Shown here in pieces: positions 60,168 through 64,000 of a stretch of DNA of 64,000 nt (positions within the stretch are counted from its first letter, which is position 1; each line of letters starts with the position of its first letter). The DNA lies in assembly GCA_000934665.2 (NCBI GenBank), contig KZ538223.1, positions 1 through 64,000 on the forward strand. The letters run 5' to 3'. This stretch comes from Catajapyx aquilonaris. Taxonomy: Eukaryota. Below the pieces are notes generated by a model, which searched no databases, was not told where the DNA came from, and saw only the letters and a program-made list of their open reading frames with translations. The position numbers were made by a program, and so were the translations under genes.

Positions 60168-62307
60168 CTACGAATAAAATAAGTGTAAATATCCGTCGTT
60201 AAAAATGCGTTTTGAATATATTACCTGTCGTAAGGACGAGTTCCCCAGAGATGAGCTGCGCTGTTGACAAACCATGTGAAGTGCAATGAGAGCACGTATC
60301 TGAACACAATCACTGTGTAAAAGAGGTCAACCGGAGCTTCGCTGGTCAGAAACGACATAATCGCATACGAAGGGACGAACAGTGCAAACAGGGCTAAGTA
60401 CGGATAATGCCTGCAATAACAATAGTAACAATCACACTCAAAGTAAAACTCTTAAAAAGTGCATAACCAAACCTATGCTGCCACATGATCATAGGATCAG
60501 CTTCCAGGTCGCTCATGTCCACTAATTTTCCTTTTTCTCTAACATCCGGATGCTTTTTACACAGAAGCCAACCCATATGTGCGAAGAAGAATCCTCTCCG
60601 AGCATTATGGGGGTCAGCATTGGTTTCCGTGAACTTATGGTGCACCCTGTGGTCTCTCACCCACTCATACAACGAATTCTGACGAACCAAACAAAAAAAA
60701 GGCACACGAGTATTATCAGACAAATGAAGTTTGACACAGTACAAAATAATGCCAATTTAGTACAATATTTACCTGAACTGCAATTGTTTGTAGGATTAAT
60801 AAGAACACTCTGAGTGGAGCCCTGGCTTTGTAGGATTTATGTGCCCATAGCCTGTGTGCACCAGCTGTTATTCCCAGTGAGATAAATAATGTGTAGGCAT
60901 AACCTGGAATGAGTTTTATTGCAAATAAATTTTTTTTTTGCAATATATTCAAAGTCGGTGTCATACCCATTAAAAATGTGGAGAGTCTGATGTCCCCTCT
61001 GATGATTTTGAAGAGTCCCTTAAATGCCAGGGAGTGAATGAAGATGGCAAAAAGGACGTTGACCCACACTATTTGTACAGGAGGATACTTTTCTTCAGGA
61101 ACTTCTTCTCTCATGTCTCCGCACATGTGCTCCTCAAATTCCTTGTCTTCTGGACTCAAAACTCCTGTGAACTTGCTACCTTCTGGGGAAGGTGCGGCTT
61201 CTTTTAACTCCCGTTTTTTGATGCGACTACAACGAAATTCGACGCAATTAGCACAATATGCTCGTAACTAGCACAATATGCTCGTAACTAGCACAATATG
61301 CTCGTAACTAGCACAATATGCTCGTAACTAGCACAACATGCTCGTAACTAGCACAATATGCTCGTAACTAGCACAATATGCTCGTAACTAGCACAACATG
61401 CTCGTAACTAGCACAATATGCTCGTAACTAGCACAATATGCTCGTAACTAGAACAAAGTATTCTTACGTGATATTATCAGACGATGGTGATTTTCCCAAT
61501 GTGATTTTTACTTGCACGGATGAAGTCTTGGCGAACTCCATGATTTTCTTCTGGTGATCTACACCTATGAAATAGATAATACGAAATTTTAACGAAACAA
61601 TTTTGGCGTACATTAACTTGAGAACTGAAAATTTGCACAACTTTTTAGTACAAGTACAAAACACCGACTATGACAAAGGTTAATAATTTTGTGAAGGCTT
61701 CATTCATTACTAAGGTATAGCTGGGAGGTTTCTTCCGGGAAAGCTGACTGGTGATATTTTGTTAGGTTTTTTATGCGGGGCGGTGGAAAACCTGTTCGTA
61801 CAGCAGAACATACCATTTAAAAAGGTCGATGGCTGCACGGTAACCTGGTTTTAGTTCAACGTTTGCCTAGGTTAGTGTCACTTAAAAACTAATGAAGGAG
61901 GCAATAGTCGTTCTGGCCTGATAATTATGTCCGTTACATTCCATTTAAACCGCTGAAAAAATTTGCTGCGGATATAAATAAATAAAAATAAGCAAGTAAA
62001 TCTACCTGTGTACCAACAAAACAGATTTGAAGTGTTATATTGATAATATTTTACAAAAATTATTAATCCTAATGTCTGCAAAGGATATCTGTGCCACATT
62101 CATATTCCAGTGACCTCGACAATGACATTCACCGATATCACATACTCATCATACGTTGTATACACCTTCTGACACAAAGAGAAAGGCCACGGAAAGATTG
62201 CTAACAAATCTGTTATACTCACGCGAAAATGTGGGTCATATGAAAGATAACACGTATAGTACACGGAAAAGCTAACAAAAAGTGAGTGGCTAAACTTACA
62301 AGCTCAT
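59849..62307 (-). CDS. Acyl-CoA desaturase (delta-9/SCD-like), paralog B, about 369 aa. Exons 62307-62300, 61226-60967, 60903-60773, 60678-60473, 60410-60225, 60167-59849
   Basis: In-frame GT-AG joins total 1110 nt. N-terminal TGVL motif, QIVWVNV, His boxes GAHRLWAH, DHRVHH and GEGWHNYHH, and RPYDRFMNPVE. The start micro-exon ATG AGC TT|gtaagt matches phase 2 of the next exon but is less certain than the rest. Confidence 0.93.
60225..60410 (-). CDS. Desaturase B exon (…LHFTWFVNSAAHLWGTRPYDR)
   Basis: gcag acceptor, gtaata donor; 186 nt; translated by hand, not in the ORF track. Confidence 0.92.
60473..60678 (-). CDS. Desaturase B exon with His box 2
   Basis: tcag acceptor, gtttgg donor; NSLYEWVRDHRVHHKFTETNADPHN. 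Confidence 0.94.
60773..60903 (-). CDS. Desaturase B exon with His box 1
   Basis: ccag acceptor, gtaaat donor; LGITAGAHRLWAHKSYKA. Confidence 0.93.
60967..61226 (-). CDS. Desaturase B exon (RIKKRELKE…TGVLSPEDK…QIVWVNV…FLMG)
   Basis: ttgtag acceptor, gtatga donor; phase 2 to phase 1. Confidence 0.88.
61251..61450. repeat. 20-bp minisatellite (GCACAATATGCTCGTAACTA) x10
   Basis: Ten copies; two carry a T>C variant (gcacaacatg). Confidence 0.97.
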
Positions 62308-62370
62308 TTTCAGATGTTAATTTGCGAATCCTTCCGGATGCAAAATAATGCAAATGACATTCACAAGGTA

Positions 62371-62571
62371 CACTCTAAGAAATGACCTGGTTAAATGTAT
62401 TTATCCCTGATAAAAGATCACTTTTGTCATGGTTATTTAACCCGGACATTTGTTAGAGTGTATACACTCTAACAAATGTCCGGGTTAAATAACCACGACT
62501 AAGAAATGTCCGGGTTAAAAGTGATCTTTTTTCCGGGATAAATACATTTAACCCGGACATTTCTTAGAGTG
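62371..62571. mobile_element. Two adjacent, oppositely oriented short MITEs with CACTCTAA(G/C)AAATG termini, TA-flanked
   Basis: ta|cactctaagaaatg…catttgttagagtg|tata|cactctaacaaatg…catttcttagagtg|ta. Confidence 0.8.
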
Positions 62572-64000
62572 TAAAGAGAGAATTTGAATACTCATCCTGA
62601 AGCAAGAATCACACAGATTAAGATCTTCAAAAAAAATTTAATTATGAGCAGAACATATAGTGAGAATGTAGCCGTGTAGTGTTGGTAAACGTAATTACAG
62701 TAGTTACGTCAACAGATCCTTAGTATTGTGTACTTTCGCACTGTACACAATAATTATCACTGAGGATTCACATTGAATGAGTGTCGAGTAAGACAAGCTC
62801 ATAAGTAGGCCTATAGTGTGAAAAAAACCACTCAAAATATGAAAATTCGCAACTAATTCTTATACTTACTCGTATTCATATCACCACACGATGTGTCCTA
62901 ATAATCCGAATGCACTTTTCCACTCAGCATTGGCACCCCCAAAAGAATTCAAGTTTTCCACTGCACTCTAAAGCAATCCGGCCACTAAGGATGTGATGGG
63001 GCAAAGTGAAGAGAAGCAAAAGACTCAACATAGGTCACCACTGGAGGGTTTGTGTTCCCATCTGGCTAACCAGTTTGATTGTTCTCTCTCTCTCGGAAAG
63101 AAACGCGGCGATGACCCCGTATACGTACGACACCTTTTTTTTTCTTCTTTCCACATGTTGAACTTGTACGTGACTAGTAAGCGAAATTCGATGGCCAACC
63201 TAGCTTTAGGTCACACAGCTTTTCTTCCTCTTTTTGTTACATACTGTAATTTCGTTGCCGCCATAAAATCCTGTGTCGATAAAACAAAACGGTACGGGAC
63301 ATTCACCGCAAAGGGGCACTTGCTCTTCGAAAAAACGTGTGTGAAACTTCGTTATTATATAGGGTAGAAAGATAATTATTGGAAGCAATTTGTAGCAGGG
63401 AAGTCAATTAAACATACAGGGTTTTATAGCAGAACACTTTTTACTTGTACGAGTTCAATATTTTTTGACTAACTTCTCCAGTATGTTCACTCTACAGAAA
63501 ATATCAATTACTTTTTTTAAATATATACCTGTCATTTTAAGAAAATTACATAACCTATGATAGCATGATGAATAATTGTTGATATCGTGTTAACCTCATG
63601 TTGTAATAACCTGATTCATCACAGCCTGTTTTTATTACATTCTCTCTTATTAATATACCATTATTATGATGCTGTCAGTCCTATAAACATACACATGCAT
63701 AATATAAAAAATTACATAATCTCTTCCATTGCGTGACTTTTGTACTGTGTAGCACATAACGTGTATACAAAAAAACAGCATATATTTTACACTAAAGTCT
63801 GCGAATCTGGCCACCTTCTGTGTAGTTATTCACGTTTATCATTGAACTCTTCCTGTACATGTTATCCGACCAACAAGGCAACCAACAATGCAACCCTTGA
63901 CCTAAAAAAAAGTTGGGACTCAGCTACAAAAACCAGATCTGCCCACTAGTTTTTCTACTTGGCTCGTGTATACTTACTTTGTCCTTGACTCTACTTCCCA

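Noticed and set aside
61251..61450. 20-bp direct repeats as a CRISPR array
   Set aside because: Head-to-tail with no spacers; a plain minisatellite.

Overview
This is eukaryotic genomic DNA, not prokaryotic. It is almost certainly arthropod and probably hexapod, judging from GT-AG introns, TTAGG arrays and insect-type genes. Three spliced protein-coding genes can be rebuilt by hand with consistent splice phases. (1) A defective proventriculus (dve, SATB/Compass class) homeobox gene on + has six coding exons at 12706-25744, an N-terminal Compass/ULD-like region and two K50 homeodomains; its first coding exon was not found. (2, 3) Two convergent acyl-CoA (delta-9-like) fatty acid desaturase paralogs lie at 53071-58210 (+) and 59849-62307 (-), with identical internal exon sizes. 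The rest is intron and intergenic DNA, dense in MITE-like inverted repeats, long fold-back palindromes, a Helitron-like non-autonomous family, minisatellites and interstitial TTAGG repeats. I found no CRISPR array, rRNA, tRNA or intact transposase, and I cannot support a wholly new biological system. The best leads are a GATTT motif cluster inside dve, the divergent desaturase pair and their shared 3' end zone, unusual repeat architectures, and a possible decayed coding insert near 37 kb.
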